Assembly (NCBI GenBank): GCA_963829055.1
Contig: CAWHHI010000003.1
Coordinates: 96,001 to 160,000 of the forward strand
DNA from: an uncultured Gemmatimonadaceae bacterium
Lineage (GTDB): Bacteria > Gemmatimonadota > Gemmatimonadetes > Gemmatimonadales > Gemmatimonadaceae
Reading direction: 5' to 3'
DNA length: 64,000 nucleotides
A model generated the notes under the pieces. That model did not search any database, was not told where the DNA came from, and worked only from the letters and a program-made list of their open reading frames with translations. The position numbers and the translations under genes were made by a program. Shown here piece after piece: positions 32,308-42,659 of this stretch. The number at the start of each line of letters is the position of its first letter. Within the stretch, counting starts at the first letter, position 1.

Positions 32308-33369
32308 ATGACTCTCCCGATGCCTGCCCATCGCCCTGGCTTCCCAAGGGTTCTCGTCACTGCGATCGCCGTTCTTGGGGCTGGCGTCGCGGCCGCCTCC
32401 CCGCTCGTCGCCCAGGCGAAGGGCCGAACCCACAAACTCGAGGCGTCGCCGACGACTGTCGCGTACGGCTACTACAGCGCGACGGCCACGCCGGTGCTGC
32501 GCATCGCGTCGGGAGACATCGTCGAGGTGACGACGATGCTGACGAACACGCCGGAACGACTCGAGCGGGCCGGCGTCGCGCCTAACGACATCGAGCCGGA
32601 ACTGCGCGAGATCGTGGCGAAGGTCACGGACAAGGGACCGGGTGGCCACATCCTCACCGGCCCGATCTTCGTCGAGGGCGCCGACTCGGGCGACGTGCTC
32701 GAGGTCCGCATCCTCGAGGTGAAGCCGAAGATCAAATACGGCTACAACGGATGCAGCGGCTTCGTGCGCGCGAACTGCGAGCAGGGCGCCGGGTCCAAGA
32801 TCATCCCGATCGATGCGAAGAAGATGACAGCGGAGTTCGCGCCCGGTATCGTCATTCCGCTCAAGCCGTTCTTCGGCAGCATGGGCGTCGCGCCGGCGCC
32901 GAGCCTGGGGCGCGTGAGCAGCAATCCGCCGTCGATGCACGCGGGGAATCTCGACAACAAGGAGCTCGTCGCCGGAACGACGCTGTTCATTCCCGTGCAC
33001 GTCGCGGGCGCGCTGTTCGAGGTCGGCGACGGCCACATGGCGCAGGGCGACGGCGAGGTGGATCAGACGGCGATCGAGACGTCGCTCCGTGGGCGCCTGC
33101 AGCTCATCGTGCGCAAGGACATGAAGCTCACGTGGCCGCGCGGCGACACGCCGACGCACATCATCACGATGGGAACGGACACGTCACTGACGGTGGCAAC
33201 GAAGGTGGCCATCCAGGAGATGGTGGATTATCTCGCCGCGGAGCGCGGGCTCTCGAAGATGGACGCGTACCGGCTCGCCAGCATCGCCGCCGATCTGCAC
33301 ATCACGCAGCTCGTGGACGGCAACGTCGGCGTGCACATGATGGTGCCGAAGAGCATCTTCAAGCGTTAG
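32308..33369 (+). CDS. Acetamidase/formamidase family protein with signal peptide
   Basis: GHILTGPI.V.GA, GNLDNK, GDGH.AQGDGEV. Confidence 0.9.
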   Translation: MTLPMPAHRPGFPRVLVTAIAVLGAGVAAASPLVAQAKGRTHKLEASPTTVAYGYYSATATPVLRIASGDIVEVTTMLTNTPERLERAGVAPNDIEPELREIVAKVTDKGPGGHILTGPIFVEGADSGDVLEVRILEVKPKIKYGYNGCSGFVRANCEQGAGSKIIPIDAKKMTAEFAPGIVIPLKPFFGSMGVAPAPSLGRVSSNPPSMHAGNLDNKELVAGTTLFIPVHVAGALFEVGDGHMAQGDGEVDQTAIETSLRGRLQLIVRKDMKLTWPRGDTPTHIITMGTDTSLTVATKVAIQEMVDYLAAERGLSKMDAYRLASIAADLHITQLVDGNVGVHMMVPKSIFKR

Positions 33370-33380
33370 GCAGCGTGAGG

Positions 33381-34215
33381 TCAGAGATAGTCGAACACCG
33401 GGCCCATCTGCTCCTCGGTCACGTCGTCGGGCATGGGCACCGAGTGCGGATCGAGCTCGACGACCTGTCCGTCACGCCATGTCACCAGCGGCTCGTTCAG
33501 GAGCCGGTGACGTCGGATGACACGCGCGTGCGTGATGCGCATTGCACGCTCGAGCACCGTCGTATCGCGGAAGCAGCGCGCGAGGTGGTCATCGGGAATC
33601 GGAGGACGATCGGCCACGAGAACCTCTCGAATACGGGGAACAGAACCGACGGCTCGCTCGAATCGCGCCCAGCGTTCTGCATCGACGACTTCGATGGCGC
33701 TACGCACGCCACGCGCGACTGGTCGGCGATCGAGCGGATTGGTGTTGTCGTAAAGCTGCCACTCGTCGGCGGCCTCACGGTAGCGATTGGCGAAGTTGAC
33801 CATGCCACGGTGGTATCGACGACGGATCACCTCATCCGGGACCGAGTGACCGCCTTGCCGTACGCGGCGACGAACTCTGGCGATCGCGATCTCTGGCGAC
33901 TCGAGCCACAGATAGACGATACGAATTACGTAGCCCGCTGACCGCCATCGGTCGATCGCGCCGAGAAAGGCATTACCGGAAAGCGTCGTTTCGAACGCGA
34001 AGTCCTGCTTCGCATTCGCCAGCTCGTCGAGCCGCCGCAGCATGATTCGTCCCGCTTCGACCGCGACCGCATCCGACTGAAAACGCGGAGAGGCCACGAG
34101 CAATGACGTCCGCGTTGACGAACTCCGTGACCTGATATGCGTCGCGGAGCAGCACCGGCGCAGCTGACGTCTTGCCAGCGCCGTTTGGCCCCGCGAGGAT
34201 GACGACGTTCGGCAT
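33381..34215 (-). CDS. Zeta-toxin-like P-loop ATPase with C-terminal extra domain; frameshift in a T4 run near 34080
   Basis: LAGPNGAGKT, FVNAD.IA, FETTLSG, RV.QGGH.VP, YDN. Confidence 0.8.
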
Positions 34216-34308
34216 CCGCCAAATATGCGCGCGACCAGCTTCGCCGAGTGGCACCATTCCAACGCTTCGGCGAGATTCTCACCGACGACTCACCGGATCT
34301 CGCCAGTC

Positions 34309-35107
34309 ATGCCCATCGCGCCCAAGTCCGTCATTGCCATGATCCACGTCGGCGCGCTCCCCGGTACGCCGGCGAGCCGCGCGAGCGTGAGTGAGATCGC
34401 GACGCAGGCGGCGGCCGAGTGTCGGTTGTACCGCGACGGCGGCGTGCACGCGATCGGCATCGAGAACATGCACGACGTGCCCTACCTCCGAGGCGGCGTC
34501 GGCCCGGAAATCACCGCGGCGATGACTATCGTCGCACACGCGGTGAAGGACGCCGCGGGCGATCTCCCCGTTGGCATCCAGATCCTCGCCGGCGCGAACC
34601 ACGAGGCGCTCGCCGTCGCGCACGCCGCGTCGCTCGACTTCGTGCGCGTGGAAGGGTTCGCGTTCGCGCACGTCGCCGACGAAGGGTTCATCGACTCGTC
34701 CGCCGCGTCCCTGCTCCGCTATCGTCGCGCGATCGGCGCGGAACGCGTGCAGGTGTGGGCGGACGTGAAGAAGAAACACAGCTCGCACGCCATCACCGCC
34801 GACATCGGCATCGGCGCGACGGCATCCGCCGTGGAGTTCATGCGCGCGGACGCCGTCATCGTGAGCGGCGCCGTCACCGGCGAGCATCCGAGCGACGCCG
34901 ACATTGCCGACGTTAGGCAGCACTGCCGCCTGCCACTCATCCTCGGTTCCGGCATCACGGCCGAGAACCTGGCGCACTACTACCCGCAGGCGGACGGCTT
35001 CATCGTCGGGTCGTTCTTCAAGACAGGACGGGCGGTGGAGCGAAACGGTTGACCCGCGACGCGTCGAGCGCTTCATGACCGCGCACGCCGTGGCGCGCGG
35101 CGCTTGA
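34309..35107 (+). CDS. BtpA/SgcQ family protein; frameshift near 35023
   Basis: MIHV.ALPG, IENMHD.PY, ADVKKKHS, DGFIVGS; C-terminus VDP.RV.RFM in ORF 34904. Confidence 0.85.
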
Positions 35108-35246
35108 CTCGGCCGGGCCGCCGAGCGTACGCTCGGCAGGACAGCGTGCGCCTACACGCGACGGATCGATGACGGACGCCTCGGGGCGTCATCGTACAGT
35201 GGCGCATGCGGCGCCGACGTGCCACGACCCCGAGGAGAACCTGGCG

Positions 35247-35804
35247 ATGCACATGGCCCGGAAGCTCGACGCATTCGAGTGGACGCTCGAAGAGCTCCAC
35301 CGCCTGCCGGACGACGGCAACAAGTACGAGCTCGTGCGCGGCGAGCTGTTCGTGACGCCTGCCCCGAGCCTGGCGCACGAACGCCTCGCCGTCGTGCTCT
35401 CCGACATGCTCGGTGACTACGTGCGGCGGGAGGGGATCGGCCGCGTGTTCCGTCCGCGAGCGGTCGTACGGTTTCGGGGAAGCGAGGTCGAGCCGGATGT
35501 CATGGTGCGGCCGTGGACCGAGCACCTGACCGACTGGGATGAGGCTCCGACGCCGTTGCTCGTCGTGGAGATCCTGTCGGATGTCACGCGGCGTCGGGAT
35601 CGGGGTCCGAAACGCGAGCTGTATCTCGACGCCGGCGTGGCCGAGTACTGGATCGTCGACGGTGAGACGCGCACGATTCGAGTGATTCGGCGCGAGCGTG
35701 AGGACACGCTGGCGACCGATACCGTCACGTGGCACGCGGAAGGTGCAGCCGAGCCGTTGATGATCGATGTCCGAGCGATGTTCCGGGAGGCGCTCGGAGA
35801 CTGA
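35247..35804 (+). CDS. Uma2 family endonuclease
   Basis: YEL..GEL.VTP.P..H, EPD, LVVEILS, K..LY...GV.EYWIVD. Confidence 0.9.
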   Translation: MHMARKLDAFEWTLEELHRLPDDGNKYELVRGELFVTPAPSLAHERLAVVLSDMLGDYVRREGIGRVFRPRAVVRFRGSEVEPDVMVRPWTEHLTDWDEAPTPLLVVEILSDVTRRRDRGPKRELYLDAGVAEYWIVDGETRTIRVIRREREDTLATDTVTWHAEGAAEPLMIDVRAMFREALGD

Positions 35805-35853
35805 CGATTCCGGGGCCTCCCATTCGTGCCTGCCTAACGTCTGCCACCTGTCG

Positions 35854-36300
35854 TCACGCCTCGGCGTACACGCGCATGGGCTCGAGCACGTAGCGGCGCA
35901 CACTCCGGCGCACGTATCCACTGAGGAAGGGTGCGAGGAGCGCGTACGGCACCTCGAGCCGGATGTCCGCACTCACGGAGTACCGAGTTCCGGCCGCGAC
36001 CGCGTCGAAGCGGCTGACGAACGTCGCGTCGTACTTCGGCTTGAACTCCTCCAGCTCGATCTCATTCGCGGAACGCCGTCGGATGATGTTCACGACGTGT
36101 CCGGCGGTGCAATGGTCCACTTCGACTGTCGTCTCGCTCCCCTCGCACCGCACCAGCCGGACGCCACGAATGGTCGCGGGAAATAGTCTTGGCCAGTGCG
36201 CGTAGTCGAGATAGAGCGTCACGAGACGCTCGCACGGTGCGTGGATGGTCATCGCTGCGTCGACGTGCACCGCGCCCCAGCGGCGAGCCGTCCGGCCCAT
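35854..36300 (-). CDS. SRPBCC/polyketide cyclase-like protein
   Basis: I.AP.E....Y.DY..WP.LFP. Confidence 0.65.
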   Translation of the reverse strand: MGRTARRWGAVHVDAAMTIHAPCERLVTLYLDYAHWPRLFPATIRGVRLVRCEGSETTVEVDHCTAGHVVNIIRRRSANEIELEEFKPKYDATFVSRFDAVAAGTRYSVSADIRLEVPYALLAPFLSGYVRRSVRRYVLEPMRVYAEA

Positions 36301-36306
36301 GACGCG

Positions 36307-37233
36307 CTACGCCGCCCGCGCCCGCGACAGCGATCCGAGTACGTCCGGCCAGGCCGAACACGCGCTCGCATAACGCGGCCTCCAACCTGATGCGGCACGG
36401 AGCCGCGCATTCGAGATGCGCTGTGAGCGCGCGAGCAATCGCATCAGCGATCCGCCAACGGAGGTGACCCACGTCGGTAGCGGCTTCGGAGCCGGCAGGC
36501 CCGCCGCCGACGCCAGCGATGCCGCCCACTCGCCTCGGCGCATGGGCTCGTCGTCCACGACGTTGTACGTACCCGCCGCAACATCAAGCGCGGCGACGAC
36601 CGCCAATGCCGCATCGCCCTGGAAGAGCGACGAGACGTACGCGTTAGGGTCACCCGGCAGGGGCGACCACCCCTTCCGAATGAGGTCGAGCATCTCGTTC
36701 AGGAGCGCGTCCGGACCGTACAGGCCGCCGAAACGGAGAACCACGCCGGTGCCGCCGGCTTCTGTGAACCTGTTCGCGGACCGCTCCGCGTCGAGAATCG
36801 ATCTGTTGTAGCGTACTGGCGCCACTGGCATTGACTCGTCGATCCATCCGTCACCGTGATCGGGGTAGATGGGCGCGAACGACTCCTGGATCATCCGCTC
36901 CACACCTTCAGCGCGTGCGGCCGTCGCGATGGCCGCCGAGCCGTATCGACGGATCCGATCGTTGGTGCGCCATGCCCACGGCAGCAGCATCGCGCGCGTC
37001 GATGCCGGTATGTGCGTCGCGAGATTGATGACCACCTCGTGACCCGCCATCGCACGCCGCAAGCCCGCGACATCGAACAGATCGGCCTCGACCGGCTTTG
37101 CACCGAGGCGGCGAAGGGTTTCCCGATTGCCGGCAGACCGCGACACCGCCGTCACGGTGTGGCCCGCCTGAGCGAGCAACGGCACGGCTCGGCTCCCGAT
37201 GACGCCCGTCGCTCCCGTAATGAACACCCGCAT
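36307..37233 (-). CDS. NAD-dependent epimerase/dehydratase
   Basis: TGATGVIG, LRFG.LYG, YNVVDDEP. Confidence 0.9.
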   Translation of the reverse strand: MRVFITGATGVIGSRAVPLLAQAGHTVTAVSRSAGNRETLRRLGAKPVEADLFDVAGLRRAMAGHEVVINLATHIPASTRAMLLPWAWRTNDRIRRYGSAAIATAARAEGVERMIQESFAPIYPDHGDGWIDESMPVAPVRYNRSILDAERSANRFTEAGGTGVVLRFGGLYGPDALLNEMLDLIRKGWSPLPGDPNAYVSSLFQGDAALAVVAALDVAAGTYNVVDDEPMRRGEWAASLASAAGLPAPKPLPTWVTSVGGSLMRLLARSQRISNARLRAASGWRPRYASACSAWPDVLGSLSRARAA

Positions 37234-37295
37234 GTCCGTCTCCTGTGAAGCATGTACTCAGCAGAAGACGGACCTGCGTTTGTATTGTGACCGAA

Positions 37296-37493
37296 GGACT
37301 GGGGACTGCGGACTGAGCTGCACGCTGGGAACGTCTGCCGCCGGCTGCATGCTGCGGCCGCACGCTGCCCGCTGCTGCCAATACCGCCCGGTCACCCACG
37401 CGCTGGCCGCTGCACGCAGCCGCACCCAGCGTCACCCAGCAACCAGCACGACCACCCAGCCACCCAGCTTGTAGTTGCCCAGTCCCCAGTCCC
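37296..37493. repeat. About 135-bp element copy 2, flanked by inverted GGGGACT/AGTCCCC heptamers
   Basis: Reverse complement of 23961-24124. Confidence 0.8.
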
Positions 37494-37649
37494 TGCATGG
37501 ACCAACCGATGCACGCCGGCACGGTTCGTTACAGACTGAACGGTTCAGCGCGACGTTGGTTACGGCGCTACTCGGCGGCGCGGCGACCGCGCCTAACGTG
37601 TACCCTAACGCCTGTCTACGCCTGTCAACGCTTGGGTCCGACGCGTACG

Positions 37650-39350
37650 CTACGGCGCGCTTACCGTCTCACGTCCCTGGCGCCGCTCGAAGATCTCGGC
37701 ACCAGGTCCGTCGAAGACCACCTGATAGCGCGAGTCGGTCCGGAGCGTCGAGCTCAGTTTGCGGCAGCACGCACCGGCCGGCGATCGTGCAATGAAGACG
37801 TGTGAGAACTCCACGCCTTGCTTGGCCGACCACTGCTCGACACAGCGCGCGTCCTGGCCGGCGCAGTCACGCGCGGTGTTGAACAGCCGCTTGTAGCGCG
37901 TGAATCCGGTATCGGGCAACCACTCCGTTCCCTGGACGGTCGCAACGCTCTGGCGACGCGCCAGTACGGGAAACCACTCGCCTTCACGGTCGGCGGGCCA
38001 TCCGCGTTCCGGCACGACGAAGAAGCGACTCGTCGGCGGCGTGTGCGTCGCCACCCAGTGCATCGCGTCACGCTCATCAGGCGAGAGGCTCGCGAGGTAC
38101 GCCGCTTCCGTTCCGAGATCTGCGTCTCGCGTCAGCGCCGACGCCGTGCTATACAGGACGAGAAAGCCGATCACGCCGATGGCGAGCAGGTTCTCTCGCG
38201 CGAACGCCACGACCGCGTAGCGTGGTGTGCGATGGATGTGCGGCTCGTGCTCCGGTTCCGTCGCGAGCCGGCCATCGACACGGCCGGTACTACCAGCACT
38301 GCCGGCACTCGCGCTGCGCCGACGCATGAGCAATGGGAGCAACACATCGTTGACGGCGATGCCAACGAGCAACGCCACGGGAATGGCGGCGTACGTCTCC
38401 CCCGCTCGAACGTCGAGCGCGAGCGTCACCATCCACCAGATGGGCAGCAGCACCGTTCGCCGCCGTAGCGATGCGAGCGCGCCGAGCAGAGCGAGCGCGC
38501 CTAACACGGGGAACAGCGGCTCGCCCGTGCCCATGGCGCCGAATCGCGCCAGTCGGCCAAGCACCGTCGCGCGAAGCGGGCCGGTCGTGAAGATCGAGCC
38601 GCCGGTCTGGCCTGCCGCGAGGAAAGGCCCGAACCCGTGGCGCGCCGCGACGGTCGCCCACCACGGTGCCGTCACCGCGATCGCAACAACGCCGATGATG
38701 ACTGCGCCGATCAACCCCTGCTTGTGACGCCCATACGCGAGGAAGAACAACACCAGGCTCGCCGCCAGGAACGGCGCGGTGCCGAGATGGCTCAGCGGCG
38801 TGAGCGCAGTGAAGAGACCGGCGGTGAGCGCGTAGCGCAGATCACGCCGCGTGAACAGCAGATACGCCTGATGGAGCGCGAGAATGGTGAACAGCAGTCC
38901 GAACGATCGGGTGAGTCCGCCACCCATTACGAGCCACGTAAAGCTTCGTGGCACCAGCGCGAACGCTGCAACCGCCGCCGCGACCGCGGTGCGCTCGGGG
39001 AGCATGCTTCGGGCGAGAAACAGGAACGCGACGAGCGTCGCGCAGGTCGTCGCGAGCGGGAGCAATCGCACCACCTGCATGAGGTCGACCGACGCGACGT
39101 CCGAGATGAGACCCGCGACATAGAATCCGAACGGCGGGTAGGCGAACGGAATCTGCAGCGCGTTATAGGAGGTGAATGCTGGCAACCGGTAGTGCGCGCG
39201 CTGTAATTCCTGCGTCATCTGAAAGAACAGCCCACCGTCGTTGAGCGGGAAGTCGGTGAGCAAGACGGGTCGCGCGCGTATGGCGCAGCCCAGTGCGATC
39301 GCGGCAACGCAGGCGATGAAAAATGGAGACGCGACTATTCGGCGCGGCAT
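37650..39350 (-). CDS. Polytopic GT-C-fold glycosyltransferase, paralog type A
   Basis: FPLNDGGLF acidic loop after TM1, YPP, many TM helices, soluble C-terminal domain. Confidence 0.7.
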   Translation of the reverse strand: MPRRIVASPFFIACVAAIALGCAIRARPVLLTDFPLNDGGLFFQMTQELQRAHYRLPAFTSYNALQIPFAYPPFGFYVAGLISDVASVDLMQVVRLLPLATTCATLVAFLFLARSMLPERTAVAAAVAAFALVPRSFTWLVMGGGLTRSFGLLFTILALHQAYLLFTRRDLRYALTAGLFTALTPLSHLGTAPFLAASLVLFFLAYGRHKQGLIGAVIIGVVAIAVTAPWWATVAARHGFGPFLAAGQTGGSIFTTGPLRATVLGRLARFGAMGTGEPLFPVLGALALLGALASLRRRTVLLPIWWMVTLALDVRAGETYAAIPVALLVGIAVNDVLLPLLMRRRSASAGSAGSTGRVDGRLATEPEHEPHIHRTPRYAVVAFARENLLAIGVIGFLVLYSTASALTRDADLGTEAAYLASLSPDERDAMHWVATHTPPTSRFFVVPERGWPADREGEWFPVLARRQSVATVQGTEWLPDTGFTRYKRLFNTARDCAGQDARCVEQWSAKQGVEFSHVFIARSPAGACCRKLSSTLRTDSRYQVVFDGPGAEIFERRQGRETVSAP

Positions 39351-39680
39351 GTGTGGTTCCAGTCCTCGAGTGTGTCGGCGTTCGAACGTGGAACGGGCCA
39401 GAGCGTATTGCGTGCCGCCCGCATCAGAATGGCGCGCATCGACCTCATAGGCTCGTTCGTCCAATGGCGCGATGCTCGGCACATCTGTTGCCTTCACCGC
39501 GCCACTCGACGGCTGCCTTCGACATCCACACGGAAACTGTTGGGACAGGAACCATCTACCACGCCGGTCCAGTCGCTCGACGTGGCCACTGAAGTGCTGC
39601 CTACCGACCTCAGGCGCGTGCACCGCTCCGCCGGCCTAACGACCGAAGCACCTGCCGAGCCACTCGGAATCGCCGCGCGG

Positions 39681-41289
39681 ATGGCGCGAATCCAGACAGG
39701 CGGGGCCATTGAGACGGTCGCGTGGCTCATCTGCCTGGTACTCATCGCCATCTGGGCCATCGGCTACCTGTGGTGGCCCTTCTCGAACGATCAGGGCAAC
39801 CTCGCCTGGGTAGGCGACGTCATCCGCGCCGGCGGTATGCCGTACCGCGATGCGTGGGATGTCAAAGGCCCGGCAGTCCATCTGCTATTCGCGCTCATCA
39901 GTACGACGTTCGGCCATAACGAGTGGGGACTGCGGCTGTTCGACCTGATCTTTGTCGGCGTCGGGGCCTGGTCTCTTTCTCGTATCGCCGAGCATTACGC
40001 TGGGCCGCGGAGTGGTAGATGGACGGTCGTCATCTACCTGCTATGGTATGCGTCGCTCGACCATCACAGCACGGCCCAGCCCGATGCGTGGGCAGGCGTG
40101 ATGCTGTGTGCCGCGGTTGCGCTGATGGTGACGAGCGAGCATCGGCCCTCGCTGCTGTCGGGCCTCGGGGCTGGAGTGCTCATCGCTGTCTGCACGCTGA
40201 TCAAGCCCACCTACGCTCTGTTCATGGCGCTCCCCTTGATCGAGGGGTCCCTGCATTTCAAGGCAGTAGCCCGCGTGCGGGTGGCGAACTTCCTCGGCGC
40301 GGCGATTCTCGGGTTCGTCGCTCCGATCGCGCTCTGCATTGCATGGTTCGCTGCTCGCGGTGCGCTCGGCGCCTGGATGGACGTCCACCTTGGATGGGTA
40401 CCGTCGAGCTACTCGCAGCTGGATGCTGCCTGGCTGAACCGTATTCAGTACCTGCTGTTCTTTCTCACGACGAAACAGTTCGCGCCGGCAATCCCGCTTG
40501 CGATCGGCGGACTCGCGGTCGTCAGGCTTTCTCGCTGGCCGCGGGATACTGCGCTGCTCGCCATATGGACGGTCCTGGCGGTTCTGGGTGTGGCAATTCA
40601 GGGGCAATTCTTCGCGTACCATTGGCATCCCGCACAGCCTCCACTGGCACTGCTCGCTGGCCTCGGCCTGCATCGCGTTCTTGCGTGGCGCCGATCGATT
40701 GGGAGCCGAAGCGAGGCCGGGCAGGTGCTCGCGGCGAGCATACTCGCGCTCGCCATTGTATTGATGGTCGGCGCGACCGTCGGTCCGGCAGTACACGGTT
40801 ACCGACTCTTGCGTCGCGTTGACTGGCCTCACCGATCCCGTCGGGTATGACCGCATCGAGTTCGGCCCGTACGGCCACCACGGCGGCGAGGTGACCGAGC
40901 TCGTGGCGTACTTGCGATCCAGATCGACGCCTGAGGAGACGGTGTTGGTGTGGGGCAGCGATGCCGGCATCAACTATCTGAGTGGGCGTGCGAGCCCGTC
41001 GCCGTTTGGGTACGTGCAGCCGCTCGTCGATCCTCCGGACAGCGACCTTCGGCGACGGTACCGAGCCGAGTTCATGCACCGACTCGAGAGTACGAAGCCG
41101 CGCTATGTGGTGTCGCTGAACGAGCGCGTCTGTGAGCGCGCCCCCACGACCGATGAGCGCAAGCTCCTCGGGCCCACCGAAGGCATCATGCGGTGCCTTG
41201 GCGAGGTCCCGGCTGTACGAGACTACGTGCTCAGCCGCTATACGGTCGAGCACGTTATCGGCCCCATCGAGATCCGCCGCCGGCGATAA
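39681..41289 (+). CDS. ArnT/PMT-like GT-C glycosyltransferase, paralog type B; frameshift near 40815; start uncertain
   Basis: NDQG..G...PYRDAWDVKGP, IKP; C-terminal VLVWG domain in ORF 40819. Confidence 0.7.
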
Positions 41290-41564
41290 CGTTAGGCGCT
41301 CGAGGCCGCCAGCCCGTGCTCGCCGCTACGGTCGACCTCGCCGGCGGATTGCTTCGTGTCCCAATTACCTGAACGGCGTTAGGCACCGGTCGACGGATTG
41401 GTCATCCCGTCGCGCCGCGGCCTGCGCTATGCAATCCACCCCGTCGATCGCACGGCCGATCGAGGCTCGGCGCGTGCGGCGTGCTCCCAACCGGCGTTCG
41501 TCCGAACGCACGGATCGTGTCACCGCCCCGTGGCCACGGTCCGACATACAGGATGAGTATCTGC

Positions 41565-42659
41565 ATGAAGCCCTTGCTGTCCGTCATCGTGCCCTGCTTC
41601 AACGAAGCAGAGGTACTGTGGGAGACTCACGGTCGACTCGTTGGCTCACTGAGTCAGCTCACCGACCTCGAGTTTGAAATCATCTACGTAGACGACGGAA
41701 GTCGCGACGCGACGCCCGATATACTGCGCGAGATCCAGGCAGTTGACCCGCACGCACGCATCATCCGCTTCTCGCGCAACTTCGGCCACCAGACGGCCGT
41801 GACCGCCGGGCTCGAGCACGCGAGTGGGGACGCCGTCGTCCTGATCGATGCCGACCTGCAGGATCCACCCGAGGTCATTGCGGAGATGGTCGCGCGATGG
41901 CGCGAGGGCTACCACGTCGCGTACGGCGTGCGCACCGACCGCGAGGGCGAGACCAGGTTCAAGCTCGCCACGGCGAAGGCGTTCTACCGCCTGCTCAACC
42001 GCATGAGCGAGACACGCATTCCTCTCGACACCGGTGACTTCCGTCTCATGGATCGCCGAGTTGTCGATGTGCTGCGCGCAATGCCGGAGCGCGATCGCTT
42101 CGTGCGCGGCATGGTCGCGTGGGCTGGGTTCCGCCAGATCGCGGTGCCCTACAGTCGAGCCGCCCGCTTCGCCGGAGAGAGCAAGTATCCGTTCTTCAAG
42201 ATGGTGCGCTTCGCCCTCGACGGGCTCACGTCGTTCTCGCGCGCGCCGCTACGCCTGGCGACATGGATGGGTTTCGCCGTCTCGGCCGTGGCGCTCGTCG
42301 CCATCATCTACGCGCTCGTGATGCGTCTCTTCACGAGGGACTGGGTCACGGGATGGACCGCGCTCTTCATCGCCGTGCTCTTCATCGGCGGCGCTCAGCT
42401 GCTCTCGCTCGGCATCATCGGTGAGTACATCGGTCGGATTTACGGCGAGGCGAAGCGACGTCCGCTGTATCTCGTCGAGGACGCGCGCGGCTTCGAGCAC
42501 GCATACGAGCGCGCCGTGTCCCGCGGGTCCACGCACCAACCCGTCGCCGATGGGCGCCGCCGCCGGGATGACGGTCAGCGCTGGCGCCGCGAAGCCGACA
42601 TCCAGGTTCCGATCTATCACGAGCCCGCTGGCGCGCGCGTCGACGAGCCGATGTCGTGA
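41565..42659 (+). CDS. GT2 polyprenol-phosphate glycosyltransferase (GtrB/ArnC-like)
   Basis: VDDGSRD, FSRNFGHQ.A, DADLQDPP, DTGDFRL, two C-terminal TM helices. Confidence 0.9.
   Translation: MKPLLSVIVPCFNEAEVLWETHGRLVGSLSQLTDLEFEIIYVDDGSRDATPDILREIQAVDPHARIIRFSRNFGHQTAVTAGLEHASGDAVVLIDADLQDPPEVIAEMVARWREGYHVAYGVRTDREGETRFKLATAKAFYRLLNRMSETRIPLDTGDFRLMDRRVVDVLRAMPERDRFVRGMVAWAGFRQIAVPYSRAARFAGESKYPFFKMVRFALDGLTSFSRAPLRLATWMGFAVSAVALVAIIYALVMRLFTRDWVTGWTALFIAVLFIGGAQLLSLGIIGEYIGRIYGEAKRRPLYLVEDARGFEHAYERAVSRGSTHQPVADGRRRRDDGQRWRREADIQVPIYHEPAGARVDEPMS

Noticed and set aside
33381..35804. Defence island (zeta-like ATPase plus Uma2)
   Set aside because: The genes are separated by btpA, both families are common singletons, and no mobility genes are nearby.
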